Notes: generated by a model not told the origin, from the letters alone. A stretch of DNA of 64,000 bases from an uncultured bacterium (GCA_903839725.1 CAIMDG010000001.1:235315-299314); one strand, 5' to 3'; numbered from the stretch's first letter, positions 39,383-49,383 are shown. Program-made: numbers and translations.

Positions 39383-39517
39383 GGTTTTAGGCGACATCCC
39401 TATTATTCTCTGGCCATATGGCTTAACAGAGGCGTACAATAGGAATATTCAGCGATTAAATATTGTAATACCAGTATTGTATACTATATTAGATAAAAAG
39501 TCAAGCCCCCCTCTATA

Positions 39518-39541
39518 TTGGTGCCAAGGACCAGGGTCGAA
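39518..39541 (-). repeat. partial duplicate of the tRNA-Phe 3' end (ttggtgccaaggaccagggtcgaa)
   Basis: 23/24 identical to the tRNA-Phe 3' end at 39588..39611, lying 45 bp downstream of the tRNA. Confidence 0.8.
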
Positions 39542-39588
39542 TGTCTCCCCTTTCGTATTGAATCACAAGACTATTCTAAAAGACGATT

Positions 39589-39664
39589 TGGTGCCAAGGA
39601 CCGGGGTCGAACCGGTGACCCTTCCCTCTTCAGGGGAATGCTCTACCAACTGAGCTACCTTGGC
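39589..39664 (-). tRNA. tRNA-Phe (GAA), CCA encoded
   Basis: Reverse-complement fold: gccaagg-ta-gctcagttggtagagc-attccc ctGAAga gggaa-g-gtcaccggttcgaccccgg-tccttggc-a-cca. Confidence 0.85.
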
Positions 39665-39674
39665 GTATAGAAAA

Positions 39675-39941
39675 CTATTTTAACAAACCTTGCAGTGAAC
39701 TAATTGCACTATGAGTTGTCGCTGCATCACCTTGAATCTTGCCATACAATGTGAAGATCATCTCTATATATGGTTGGATCACGTAGTATGCACCGAAACT
39801 CACTCCTATAATAATCACCCAGTAACATACGGTCATCAGAGTCGCAAATCTATTTGCGCGACGCAATGAATGAAGTATTTTATTGTTCTCTTCCGCGAGT
39901 TTATGTGTCCTCTCGAGAAGTGATCGCTCTTCTGGGGTCAT
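39675..39941 (-). CDS. small membrane protein
   Basis: Start at MTPEERSLL. One or two TM helices. Confidence 0.35.
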   Translation of the reverse strand: MTPEERSLLERTHKLAEENNKILHSLRRANRFATLMTVCYWVIIIGVSFGAYYVIQPYIEMIFTLYGKIQGDAATTHSAISSLQGLLK

Positions 39942-40080
39942 GGGAAATACTTTAACAGATATTGAGCCTTTGAGCAAAGATTTTACCGATAGCTCGAGCC
40001 TAAAAAATAGTGTACAGTTTATCTTGCAAAGTCTAGACTCAATCATATTTCGTCTTTAGACTTTAATTTTTTACTCATTC

Positions 40081-40152
40081 GCCCTTGTAGTTCAATGGAT
40101 AGAATCGTCCCGTCCTAAGGGATTGATGCAGGTTCGATTCCTGCCAAGGGCA
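40081..40152 (+). tRNA. tRNA-Arg (CCT)
   Basis: Acceptor gcccttg/caagggc, anticodon loop gtCCTaa, T-arm gcagg-ttcgatt-cctgc. Confidence 0.7.
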
Positions 40153-40262
40153 CATGTTACATAACCACTAGCGAGCTAACTGCTTGACTCGCGCTAAGGA
40201 ATCGAATTTTGACATATATTTACCGAAAGAGTAACCTTTCAATAGAATAAAACTACATATGT

Positions 40263-40670
40263 ATGAACACATCTCTTTCTGATCCAATCAGACACATTGT
40301 TGAAAAACGAGAAAAAATTGATGCAATCGACCGCCAGATTGCAGAGCTTATTTGCAAACGGTTTAAACTTGTCAAAGACATCGGCTCAATCAAACACGAA
40401 CACAAGCTTACTATTCACGACCCTTCACGAGAATCACGACAAATGAGTATTCTCGGAGGAATAGCTCGTGAACATAATGTTCCCCATGGTGTCGTTGTAT
40501 TCCCCTTCAAAATGGTGACGATCATGTCACGTCAGACACAGGGTGAAAAACGCACCGAACACATCACCCCTCGGTATTGTTGGTCCTGCGAATGGAGAAC
40601 GTGTGGACTCGATGATCCAGGCGGTAGTAGTTTCCGAATTTGCCCACGCTGTAGCATGCCCTTACTCTGA
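40263..40670 (+). CDS. chorismate mutase (AroQ class) with Cys-rich C-terminal extension
   Basis: IDAIDRQIAELICKRFKLVKDIGSIKHEHKLTIHDPSRESRQMSIL matches the AroQ helical domain. The tail holds CWSC ... CPRC pairs. Confidence 0.55.
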   Translation: MNTSLSDPIRHIVEKREKIDAIDRQIAELICKRFKLVKDIGSIKHEHKLTIHDPSRESRQMSILGGIAREHNVPHGVVVFPFKMVTIMSRQTQGEKRTEHITPRYCWSCEWRTCGLDDPGGSSFRICPRCSMPLL

Positions 40671-40688
40671 CTACTATTCACTTTCGTT

Positions 40689-40715
40689 ATACACGTCCTC
40701 GAGGCGTGTATTTTT
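40689..40715. terminator. terminator tacacg-tcctcgagg-cgtgta + TTTTT
   Basis: Hairpin and T-run between two convergent genes. Confidence 0.5.
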
Positions 40716-40726
40716 GTATACATTAT

Positions 40727-41719
40727 TTATTCCTCGTCATCAACATCCTCACCACCAGTTGTCTCTCCCCCGTTTTTCTCAAATTCCATCAATGCTTCAG
40801 TAATAGGATCAAATTTACCTAACAAAATTGCAGGAAGGTTGTGCCATGATTGCTTGATACGGTGATCTGTTACGCGATCTTGTGGGAAGTTATACGTACG
40901 AATCTTTTCTGAACGTGAACCGGTACCAATCTGACCCTTGCGGTTAGCTGCGAACTTCTGTGATTCTTGCTCTTCTTGCAAAGCCTCGAGCTTGGCAGTC
41001 AAAATAGAAAGTGCCAATTCACGGTTTGCACCCTGACTACGTTCTGCAGTCGAACGAACATCGATACCTGTTGGCTTGTGGATCAAACGCACAGCTGATT
41101 CCACCTTGTTCACGTTTTGACCGCCCTTGCCTCCAGCACGTGAGAATTCCATTTCAAGGTCAGCTGGATTGATGACAAACTTTGATTTCTTGCGAATCGG
41201 CATAATAGCAATCGTCACGGTCGAAGTATGTGTACGTCCCATCTTCTCTGTTTCTGGCACACGTTGCACACGATGCACACCTGTTTCCCAGCGAAGATTT
41301 TCAAATACATCCTTACCCTTTATTTCGAGTGAGGCTTCTTTGTATCCACCAAGATCATTTTTTGATTCATCGATAACTTTTGTTTTCCATCCTTTACTTT
41401 CAGAATATCTCTTGTACATGTCAAAAAGCTCTGCAGCAAAGAGTGCTGCCTCATCTCCTCCAGCACCAGCACGAACTTCGAGAATAATCTCTTTTGGTTT
41501 TTCATCTTCAACTTGATCAGATGCGATAATAGCCATCATCTCAGTTTCGAGAGACTTTTTTTGTTCGAGTATTGATGCAAGTTCATGTTCAGCCATTTCC
41601 TTGAATGAAGGGTCAGCTTCCAACATCGTACGTACTTCAGACTCATCTTTACTGAGCTTCTCGTACATTCCGGCCATGAATGCGGTCTTTGGGTTATTTT
41701 TGCAGATTTCTAAGTCCAT
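40727..41719 (-). CDS. prfA: peptide chain release factor 1
   Basis: GGQ motif and a PET tripeptide at the RF1 PxT position. Confidence 0.85.
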   Translation of the reverse strand: MDLEICKNNPKTAFMAGMYEKLSKDESEVRTMLEADPSFKEMAEHELASILEQKKSLETEMMAIIASDQVEDEKPKEIILEVRAGAGGDEAALFAAELFDMYKRYSESKGWKTKVIDESKNDLGGYKEASLEIKGKDVFENLRWETGVHRVQRVPETEKMGRTHTSTVTIAIMPIRKKSKFVINPADLEMEFSRAGGKGGQNVNKVESAVRLIHKPTGIDVRSTAERSQGANRELALSILTAKLEALQEEQESQKFAANRKGQIGTGSRSEKIRTYNFPQDRVTDHRIKQSWHNLPAILLGKFDPITEALMEFEKNGGETTGGEDVDDEE

Positions 41720-41736
41720 AGTGGTTTAAATATAAT

Positions 41737-41797
41737 ACGAATCAACGAATAATGCGAATGCAACAAATTTGTAGCATTCGCATTATTTGTAGATTCG
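41737..41797. promoter_or_regulatory. palindromic motif pair acgaatcaacgaataatgcgaatgcaacaaat / atttgtagcattcgcattatttgtagattcg upstream of prfA
   Basis: Nearly identical to 7913..8001. Confidence 0.6.
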
Positions 41798-41804
41798 AAT
41801 CTCC

Positions 41805-42059
41805 CTACTTCTTTGACTTTGCGAGACGATTCTTGAACTTTTCAACACGACCAGCAGTATCGATAGTCTTTTCCTGATTTGTGTAGAATGGGTGAGATGC
41901 ACTTGAGATTTCGAGATTGTAGACAGGATATTCTTTTCCATCAGTCCACTTTGCAGTTTCCTTGGTGTGAGCTGTTGAAGAAATCAAAAACTTAGCGCCG
42001 CTAGAATTGTCGGCGAAGATGACTGGGCGATAATTTTCTGGGTGTATATCCTTTTTCAT
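41805..42059 (-). CDS. rpmE: 50S ribosomal protein L31
   Basis: [10 protein letters not shown] start and typical L31 length. Confidence 0.85.
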   Translation of the reverse strand: MKKDIHPENYRPVIFADNSSGAKFLISSTAHTKETAKWTDGKEYPVYNLEISSASHPFYTNQEKTIDTAGRVEKFKNRLAKSKK

Positions 42060-42187
42060 AGTCATCATAAATTATCACAACTTGAGGTAAAGTGCAACTT
42101 TTCTTGTCCAAGGCCTGACTTCGGGCAGATTACTATAGGTATTATGGTCATTGTATGGTACTTTTAAGACACATATATCCTTCTCCT

Positions 42188-42691
42188 ATGCTTCATATCA
42201 AAGAAAAAAGCGTTCATGAAATATTCATCGCGAGTCTCGTTCTCAAAGGAATTGGTTCCGTATTGGAAATACTTGGTGGTGTACTTTTCATATTCACAGG
42301 GAAAATAACTGATTTTTTGACCAATCTTGCACAAACAGAATTACTCGAGGATCCCAATGATTTCATTTCGACTCAAATACAACACTGGGTTCCCTATTTC
42401 AATGGTCATCTACAGACATTTGGAGCAATGTATCTCCTTTCCCACGGTATCGTGAAGACATTCTTGGTCATCGGTCTGCTCCGCAATAAATTGTGGGCAT
42501 ATCCTGCGAGTATCACTGTGCTCTGTCTCTTCATCGTATATCAACTCTATCGTCTCACCTTCGGATATTCACTCTTCTTGATATGGCTCACCGTATTCGA
42601 TATATTCCTCATCTTCCTTACCTGGCATGAATACAAGCTTGTCAGTAAGCATCTTCCGCTTGATAAGGGGTACGTGAAGGAACTTCCATAA
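42188..42691 (+). CDS. membrane protein, DUF2127-like
   Basis: Four TM segments. The MLHIKEKSVHEIFIASLVLKGIGSVLEILGG start resembles DUF2127. From memory. Confidence 0.4.
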   Translation: MLHIKEKSVHEIFIASLVLKGIGSVLEILGGVLFIFTGKITDFLTNLAQTELLEDPNDFISTQIQHWVPYFNGHLQTFGAMYLLSHGIVKTFLVIGLLRNKLWAYPASITVLCLFIVYQLYRLTFGYSLFLIWLTVFDIFLIFLTWHEYKLVSKHLPLDKGYVKELP

Positions 42692-42758
42692 GGAGGGATT
42701 TTAGGGTAGTATATTTTAATTCCCTTCTGTGGTAATAAACTTCGCAGGAATAGGATAT

Positions 42759-42829
42759 TGCGGGATCGTCTAATGGTAGGACACGAGCCTTTGAAGCTTG
42801 TTATCTTGGTTCGAATCCAAGTCCCGCAG
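42759..42829 (+). tRNA. tRNA-Gln (TTG) with U1:A72 and G73
   Basis: Acceptor tgcggga/tcccgca, anticodon loop ctTTGaa, T-arm cttgg-ttcgaat-ccaag. Confidence 0.8.
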
Positions 42830-42934
42830 CAGTCATGTGGTAGGTTCGGGAGACCGAGACCTGTCAGTTAATTATGTTTTTGACAAAGCGTTAATTCGTG
42901 GCGTTTTTCGGCTTTTTGTGAGAAGATAGGCTTT

Positions 42935-43936
42935 ATGAAACCTGAGGAAAAATTTATCAATATCACTGATAATAAGACAAAGATCAAACAGCTAATCGAA
43001 GAATTAGTTTTGGCCCCTCGACTGAATGCCATTAAATGGTCTCAAATTACGAAGCAAACTCCAAATATCAAGATTGGATATCCTGGACAGCATTTAGCCT
43101 CATTGATTACTGGAATGCCAGGCGAAAGAACTGGTGCGCGTGGCAATGATCTAATTGACGGTTCAGAAGTTAAATCGTGTTCTCGTGTTGATCAACTTGA
43201 TGTCTGTAAGGCATGTAAGTCACCTGTATCAAGATCCGAGGAAATATGTCCTGCCTGTAACTCAAAGGATGTATCTAGAAAAGAAGATTCAAAGTGGTTA
43301 TTTACGATTAGAAACGAGAACGATCTTAAGGTTCTTATAAATGATGTTAAAAGAGTTGTTCTCCTGATCGCTGATTATCCAAATTTTGAATCAAATGATT
43401 TCAATACTCTTCGTTTTCAGGCCTACGAAATTTGGACTCAAAGTCCAAGAAATAAAAGATTTAGTGAGTTGATGGATAACTACTATCATAAGATATACCT
43501 AGGACATAAGACAAAAGATGCCTCAAAGAACCCTGCACCAAAGAATTTTTGGCCATACTCATATCAATTTTTCCTCTGTAACCCAATCCTAACTTTCTCT
43601 TGTATAGTTAAAGACGCTAATACTAAACCAAAAATTGATATTCAGCATTATATAGAACCGAACCAAGATCGATCAAAATTGGAGTCTGTACTTATGCCAC
43701 CGAATCTTCTTGGTGATCTTGAATTTGATATTCTCTTAAATAATGCAAAAAAGTCAGAGATAATTGATATGCTTAATATCGATAAAATACCAGATTTTAA
43801 ATCTATGAAGTTACCAGAGAAGAGAAAGGTCTTTAAGGGTATTGATGAGAAGCTAAGATTCTATCTCCCATTAAGAGATACTGATAAGATTTCTGAATCT
43901 AAATCTGCTTACGCTCGTAGAAAATTAGTCGAATAG
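42935..43936 (+). CDS. putative type II restriction endonuclease
   Basis: Convergent with, and overlapping by 12 bp, a DPPY DNA methyltransferase. Has a Cys4 cluster (CKACK ... CPACN) and acidic/Lys residues (GNDLIDGSEVK) that could form a PD-(D/E)xK site. Called mainly from context. Confidence 0.35.
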   Translation: MKPEEKFINITDNKTKIKQLIEELVLAPRLNAIKWSQITKQTPNIKIGYPGQHLASLITGMPGERTGARGNDLIDGSEVKSCSRVDQLDVCKACKSPVSRSEEICPACNSKDVSRKEDSKWLFTIRNENDLKVLINDVKRVVLLIADYPNFESNDFNTLRFQAYEIWTQSPRNKRFSELMDNYYHKIYLGHKTKDASKNPAPKNFWPYSYQFFLCNPILTFSCIVKDANTKPKIDIQHYIEPNQDRSKLESVLMPPNLLGDLEFDILLNNAKKSEIIDMLNIDKIPDFKSMKLPEKRKVFKGIDEKLRFYLPLRDTDKISESKSAYARRKLVE

Positions 43937-44884
43937 TTTTTTCTGACTCTGTAAAAATTTAATTCTTTCTTTTGCTTTTTTGACGTAATCTGGATCAATT
44001 TCTATACCTATAAATTTTCTATTTAATTCTATTGCAGCCAAGGCGGTTGAACCTGCACCTAAAAACGGGTCAAGGACTATCATGCCCTCATTTGTACTAG
44101 CTTTGATGATTCGCTTGATTAAATCAACTGGTTTTTGAGTCGGATGATATCTTTCTTCTTTGTAAAATTTGATATCTGTCCAAACATCGGTGACTCCCAT
44201 CTCTATATTAAAGGTCTGCCCAATTTCCTCGTAAGGCAACTTAAATTCAAGGGCTTTCTCAAGTTTTTCCCACATCTCCCTTGTAGGGACTTGTGCAAGT
44301 ATATTTTCTCCTGTGTATAGCGACCAGACACCGCCACCATTGATCTTAACCCCAAGTCGTTTGTTTATATCTAAAGCAGTAAGCCCAAGTTCCTTCTGTC
44401 TCTTTTTTAGGAAGTCTTTAATAAACGGCTTACTATCGTAGATAAAAAATAGAAGGCTCTCGGTTACATTTGGAAACATTTTATATCCTTTCGTTGCTCT
44501 TCCCCCAAGAGCCTGCATACCTTTATCAATTACAAGTTGTTGTCTAAAAGTAAATCCTAAGTCTAGTATGTCTTTGTATAAATATACTAGGTTTCTCATA
44601 TATCCAAATAGGTAAAGACTACCAGAAATTTTAATTATTCTTGATAGTTCAGTGAACCATTCGAAGCACCACTTAGCGTAGTCACTTTCAGTTCTCCATT
44701 GATAATCCCAATGCTCGTTTATGACTTTCCAGTAAGGAGGATCGAGAACTATTAAATCAACACTTCTACTCGGCATTTTTTTTAGTTCTTCAATACAGTC
44801 GCCACAAATAATAGAATTAACCTCTAATTGGTTAACTAATTTACTTTTTTCTTTCTTTATCTTCTTATTCGTTTTTGTTGGCAT
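43925..44884 (-). CDS. DNA methyltransferase, beta-class (N6-adenine or N4-cytosine)
   Basis: DPPY motif IV near the N-terminus and FLGAGST motif I near the C-terminus. Confidence 0.8.
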   Translation of the reverse strand: MPTKTNKKIKKEKSKLVNQLEVNSIICGDCIEELKKMPSRSVDLIVLDPPYWKVINEHWDYQWRTESDYAKWCFEWFTELSRIIKISGSLYLFGYMRNLVYLYKDILDLGFTFRQQLVIDKGMQALGGRATKGYKMFPNVTESLLFFIYDSKPFIKDFLKKRQKELGLTALDINKRLGVKINGGGVWSLYTGENILAQVPTREMWEKLEKALEFKLPYEEIGQTFNIEMGVTDVWTDIKFYKEERYHPTQKPVDLIKRIIKASTNEGMIVLDPFLGAGSTALAAIELNRKFIGIEIDPDYVKKAKERIKFLQSQKKLFD

Positions 44885-44924
44885 TGTTGTTGATATTATG
44901 GCTTATTTCTAAGGTTTATACAAT

Positions 44925-46250
44925 TTAGACTTCATTCAAATATAATGTTTTATTATTAAGTTTAATTTTACTTTTTAAACAACTGAGCAACTCGCGTTTT
45001 TCAAAACTTGTACCTTCTCTTAGGATATATTTTGCATAGTTTCTGATTTCTATGTCCGCAACCTTTATCTTCTCGGTTTTACCAAGAACACCCGACTGAA
45101 ACTTCTTGTATCTCTCAACCTCAGCTTTTATATGCTCCTTCATACCGATCTCATCTAGATTAAGGGTGTCAATCATTTCCTCAAATTGTTTGATAAGATC
45201 TTCTTCTCGGATATACCCACACTTACAATCTTTATCTGCAAACCTGCTACATCCGTAGTACACATATCGATGCACATTTCCGTTAGCTTGTTTCTTGAAT
45301 TTCTCATCAGCAGTTATACCTGATCCACATAATCCACACTTGATGAGTTTCGTGAAGGCAAATTCCTTATTTTCAACTCGTATAATCGACCGTTGCATTT
45401 TCTCTTGCACGATATCAAATAGTTCCTTGGTGATGATCGGTTCATGTTTTCCCGTATACCATCGACCACTATTCTTTGGGTACTCGAAGCTACCGTAGTA
45501 GAAGTGATTTTTGAGGAGAATGTACACGTTGCTTAGGGTAAGTGGTTTACCTGACTTCGCTTTGAATTTGATTTCGTCCCGAAGCCAATAAAATATCTTT
45601 TTCCCACTCACGCCCTCATATGCCACTCGTTCGAACATCTTCTTCATGATCGGTGCTCGTTGATGATCTATATAGACGACCCCTTTCTCATTCACGTTGG
45701 TGCTATTAATGTAGCCTGTAGTTGCTACAGAAGGCCATAGACCCATCTCACACTTCGTTTTCAATCCTCGCTTCACATTGATGCTCTTGTTGTCGTTCTC
45801 GAGCTTAGCTTGGGATCCAAGGATCATGAGTAGGAACTTCTCATTTGGATTGTTCGTAAATTTCTGACTGTGCGTTCGTATCTCTATGAGGAGCTTCTGG
45901 TCAAGCAGATCGACAAGCGCTCCAAGATCTCCGGCATTTCTGCTCAGGCGATCAGGGTGCCATGTAATAATGCCGTTGAACTTTCCGCTCCGTATGTCTT
46001 GAAGAAGTTGATTGTACACAGGCCGTTGCCCGCAATCCTTTGCTGAATGGGACTCGCGATATACTTCAACAATATCGAGTTCGTCCCTTTGGGCAGTAGT
46101 GATCATTTCTTTGATCTGCGAGTCGATTGAAAGCGCTTGCCTTTCCTCCGCCTCACTCGATTTTCGAGCATAGAGGCAGTAACGTATTGGTAACGGCTTT
46201 ACCTCAAGATTGCCCATATTACTCCTCAGACCTATTGTTTTTGTTTCCAT
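44925..46250 (-). CDS. large serine recombinase (resolvase catalytic domain plus recombinase domain plus zinc ribbon)
   Basis: YARKSS catalytic Ser region, recombinase domain and C-terminal CxxC ... CxC cluster. Confidence 0.8.
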   Translation of the reverse strand: METKTIGLRSNMGNLEVKPLPIRYCLYARKSSEAEERQALSIDSQIKEMITTAQRDELDIVEVYRESHSAKDCGQRPVYNQLLQDIRSGKFNGIITWHPDRLSRNAGDLGALVDLLDQKLLIEIRTHSQKFTNNPNEKFLLMILGSQAKLENDNKSINVKRGLKTKCEMGLWPSVATTGYINSTNVNEKGVVYIDHQRAPIMKKMFERVAYEGVSGKKIFYWLRDEIKFKAKSGKPLTLSNVYILLKNHFYYGSFEYPKNSGRWYTGKHEPIITKELFDIVQEKMQRSIIRVENKEFAFTKLIKCGLCGSGITADEKFKKQANGNVHRYVYYGCSRFADKDCKCGYIREEDLIKQFEEMIDTLNLDEIGMKEHIKAEVERYKKFQSGVLGKTEKIKVADIEIRNYAKYILREGTSFEKRELLSCLKSKIKLNNKTLYLNEV

Positions 46251-46364
46251 ACTTACATTGATGACGCAGCCCCTCTTGAGAGTCTAGGACGCATCTGTTG
46301 GTAACTTATTCAGGCTATAATAATTAGCTTTTAAAATTAGTATTTTTGTGCTATAACTGGCCTA

Positions 46365-48125
46365 ATGAAACTTAAGAAAGTCAACATATCGGGTTTCCGA
46401 TCAATAAAGAAAACTGAGATACTTCTTGTTGAAGAGAAGATGACTATTCTAATCGGTGCAAACGATCACGGAAAGACTAATATTTTGAGTGCAATTGAAT
46501 TTTTGAATGAGGAAAAAACTTTTGTTCCAGATGATATTAACTGGGATCTTGAGACTGATCCAGATATAACAATAGAATGGCATTTTACACCATCGAGCGC
46601 TGCACTTGAGAAACTTGCATCACTTGAACATCAAACTGTTGAAGGTGAAGAGAGGCCGCCAATGATTGAAACCAATAAAGAGAATGAAATAGTTTATTAC
46701 CGAAAACATAGCGATAATAAAATAAAGGTTAAAAGTGTTCCTGGTATAATCCCTGTAGCAAAAGAGGTAGATGTTTTACAGTTGAGACCACGTATTGAAT
46801 TATTTGCGCCTCCAACTGCGAACTTGAGAGATCAAGTAAACCTAGGTCAACTTGAAACTTTGGAATTTGAATTTATGCAAGGAATATTTAGACTTGCTGG
46901 TATTTGGGATGTAAGGAAGGATATTTTTGTACAAAATGATAAGACTTCAAAATTGCTTGATGAGGCGTCATTGAAACTTACTGAAGTCCTAAATACTAAA
47001 TGGAATCAAGGCAGAGATCTAAAATGGAAAATAGAGCACACAGGAACAAACGGTGATCATATAGCCATAAAGATTCAAGATCCCGCTATTGGGACAAGGT
47101 ATACACGACCCTCTCTTAGGTCGTCTGGTTTTCGTACCTATTTCTTGCTTTCAATGATTACTTATGCTCGAACTGAAAATAAGGTTGCAGATTCGTATGT
47201 GTATCTCTTTGATGAACCAGGCACATATTTGCATCCTCATGCTCAATTGGATCTACAACGTAGCTTTGAATCAATATCTGGAAAGACGCAGATTATATAT
47301 ACAACACATTCACTTTTTCTTATCAATAAAAACTATCCTGGTAGAAATCGTGTAATAAGCAAAGCGAAAGACGGCACTAAAATTGACCAAAAGCCTTTTG
47401 TAAAAAATTGGAAATCTGTCCGAGAGTCACTTGGTATACTACTTAGTAATAATTTTCTTATTGCTGAAAAAACTCTTCTTGTTGAAGGCCCTTCTGATGT
47501 GATTTATATTCTTCATGCAATTAAGAAACTTAAAGCGGCGGATGAAATAGACATCGATCTCAATGATCTAAGCGTTGTTGATGCTGGGACATCTGAAAAC
47601 TATCTTGCTATGGCAAAGTTGATGGTTGCTGAAGGTCGTGAGGTTGTCGCGCTTTTGGATGGTGATAAGAAAGGTGAAGAAATAGAGAAACAATTGAAAA
47701 AAGTTTGCGAAAAAGAAATTAAGGATGGGAAACTCCAGATTCTCAAACTCCCTAAGGATAAATCAATAGAAGATATATTCACTGATGTGTCTGTTACCAA
47801 AAAAGCAATTGAGGCACTTGCTACTGATCTTATTGGAATGGGTATTCGTAAGTTGAAAAACGGAATTAACCTTGCTGGCGAAGTTGCCAAAATCGCGCCA
47901 ACTACTACTTTAACACTCGGAAGAATCATAGATGAAAAAACAACTTCAATGTTTGATCCAGAAGAGAAGCTTTCAAAACTTTCTATCGCACTAAAATATG
48001 AGGATATTATGTCGGACTCGGTTGCACTACCAGATAATGCTAAAGAGCAGATAGAAAAAATTAAAGACAAACTTTCTCTTAAAAATGAGAGAAATGATGA
48101 AAAATCTATTTTTGAAGAGGTCTAA
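46365..48125 (+). CDS. OLD-family nuclease: ABC-type ATPase plus C-terminal TOPRIM (class 1 OLD / GajA / fused PARIS-like architecture)
   Basis: Walker A GANDHGKTN, Walker B YLFDEPGTYLHP. TOPRIM region with LLVEGPSDVIYI and LLDGDKKGEE. 586 aa. Confidence 0.75.
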   Translation: MKLKKVNISGFRSIKKTEILLVEEKMTILIGANDHGKTNILSAIEFLNEEKTFVPDDINWDLETDPDITIEWHFTPSSAALEKLASLEHQTVEGEERPPMIETNKENEIVYYRKHSDNKIKVKSVPGIIPVAKEVDVLQLRPRIELFAPPTANLRDQVNLGQLETLEFEFMQGIFRLAGIWDVRKDIFVQNDKTSKLLDEASLKLTEVLNTKWNQGRDLKWKIEHTGTNGDHIAIKIQDPAIGTRYTRPSLRSSGFRTYFLLSMITYARTENKVADSYVYLFDEPGTYLHPHAQLDLQRSFESISGKTQIIYTTHSLFLINKNYPGRNRVISKAKDGTKIDQKPFVKNWKSVRESLGILLSNNFLIAEKTLLVEGPSDVIYILHAIKKLKAADEIDIDLNDLSVVDAGTSENYLAMAKLMVAEGREVVALLDGDKKGEEIEKQLKKVCEKEIKDGKLQILKLPKDKSIEDIFTDVSVTKKAIEALATDLIGMGIRKLKNGINLAGEVAKIAPTTTLTLGRIIDEKTTSMFDPEEKLSKLSIALKYEDIMSDSVALPDNAKEQIEKIKDKLSLKNERNDEKSIFEEV

Positions 48126-48425
48126 ACATGACTGTTGGTAACTCGACTTCGCAACCCCTCTAATCTAAGCTAAGGTACAGGACAGATTTTGATATTTCTG
48201 GTATTATTATTTTACAACTGAATAAGTGACCTAACCCCTAAATAACCCTTTGTTTTCTAGGATATGGTCGAAAAGCCGTCCAAAGTAAAGAACTCCTAAT
48301 CAGAGCTACTTTGGACGGTCACATCTCGAAAGAGGTGTGGGCACTCCCTGCGGGGTTTGTCGGCCTGGTTAGGAGCTTTTTGCTATCTAGTTCTCGGTCA
48401 TTATTAGTAAAACCGTCCAAATTTT

Positions 48426-48884
48426 ATGAGTATATTTGAATTTGTCATACCTGTAGTTACTCTAGTTGTACTGACTGCCATCGTCGTATTAGCTGTTAAA
48501 GAAATTAGAATAAATAAGAAAGTTAAAATTCTTCTTAAAAGTTTGACTGTTAAGTATCAAGAAAGTCCTGCTTTGTACATTCAGGATCTAATTTCTTTAG
48601 AGACATACAAAAATAAACAGAAAGATATTGTTCTGATAAAAGCATTGGATATGCTAAAAAAGCAGAAAGAGTTTGCTGAACTAGCGCAGAAGAAGCAAAA
48701 TTATAAATCAGATTACACCTCTTTGATTTTAATATCAGTGTTGGTACTTATTTCTGCAATAGTTGCTGTTCTTTTATATATGCTTACATTGATTATCCCA
48801 GGATTGGTATTTAGTTGGATCTTCGTTGCTCTTGTTGTGTTAGTGATTGCGGTGGTATTTATTATTACGGCTTTCGTTTCTTAA
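48426..48884 (+). CDS. small membrane protein (N-terminal TM plus C-terminal double TM) downstream of the OLD nuclease
   Basis: Hydrophobic N- and C-termini with a charged middle. 152 aa. Confidence 0.45.
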   Translation: MSIFEFVIPVVTLVVLTAIVVLAVKEIRINKKVKILLKSLTVKYQESPALYIQDLISLETYKNKQKDIVLIKALDMLKKQKEFAELAQKKQNYKSDYTSLILISVLVLISAIVAVLLYMLTLIIPGLVFSWIFVALVVLVIAVVFIITAFVS

Positions 48885-49383
48885 TCTTCTCCCATATTTT
48901 TCTTTGCTTAGGTGTCTTGCTGAAGAATTCCTTTAGGTATTTCTGATGCATTTCTTCGGTATATTCATCTTGAGAGAATGCCTTGTGGAATTGTTTTGCC
49001 TCATCAAAATTATGAGGTGCAGGTGATCTGTAACCACACTCGCTACATACATCACCAGGTTCAAAGTTGTGTTTATGCTCCTTTGGGATAATGTACGCGG
49101 TTCGTTTCGGCATATATCTCGGATCATTGTTGTTGAGATAATACTGAATAGCTCGAAAATCACCCTCGTTCACGAGCTTGAGTAATTTCGATTCAGCAAT
49201 CTCCCCAGCATTCGCTCTTCCATGTTTAAGAGCCTCGTCAATCGCTTGGCGAAATTCTGGGATATCTTTGATCCATCTGTAGACTGTCGCTCTGGCAATA
49301 CCTGCTTTTTTACATGCGTAATTGATGAAGGGCTTTTCGGAAAGTATTTCTACAATTTGGTTTCTAGTAAAATTACTTTTCAT
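48865..49383 (-). CDS. HTH protein, phage terminase small-subunit-like
   Basis: ACKKAGIARATVYRWIKDIPEFRQAIDEA helix-turn-helix typical of terminase small subunits and phage regulators. Confidence 0.4.
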   Translation of the reverse strand: MKSNFTRNQIVEILSEKPFINYACKKAGIARATVYRWIKDIPEFRQAIDEALKHGRANAGEIAESKLLKLVNEGDFRAIQYYLNNNDPRYMPKRTAYIIPKEHKHNFEPGDVCSECGYRSPAPHNFDEAKQFHKAFSQDEYTEEMHQKYLKEFFSKTPKQRKIWEKIKKRKP

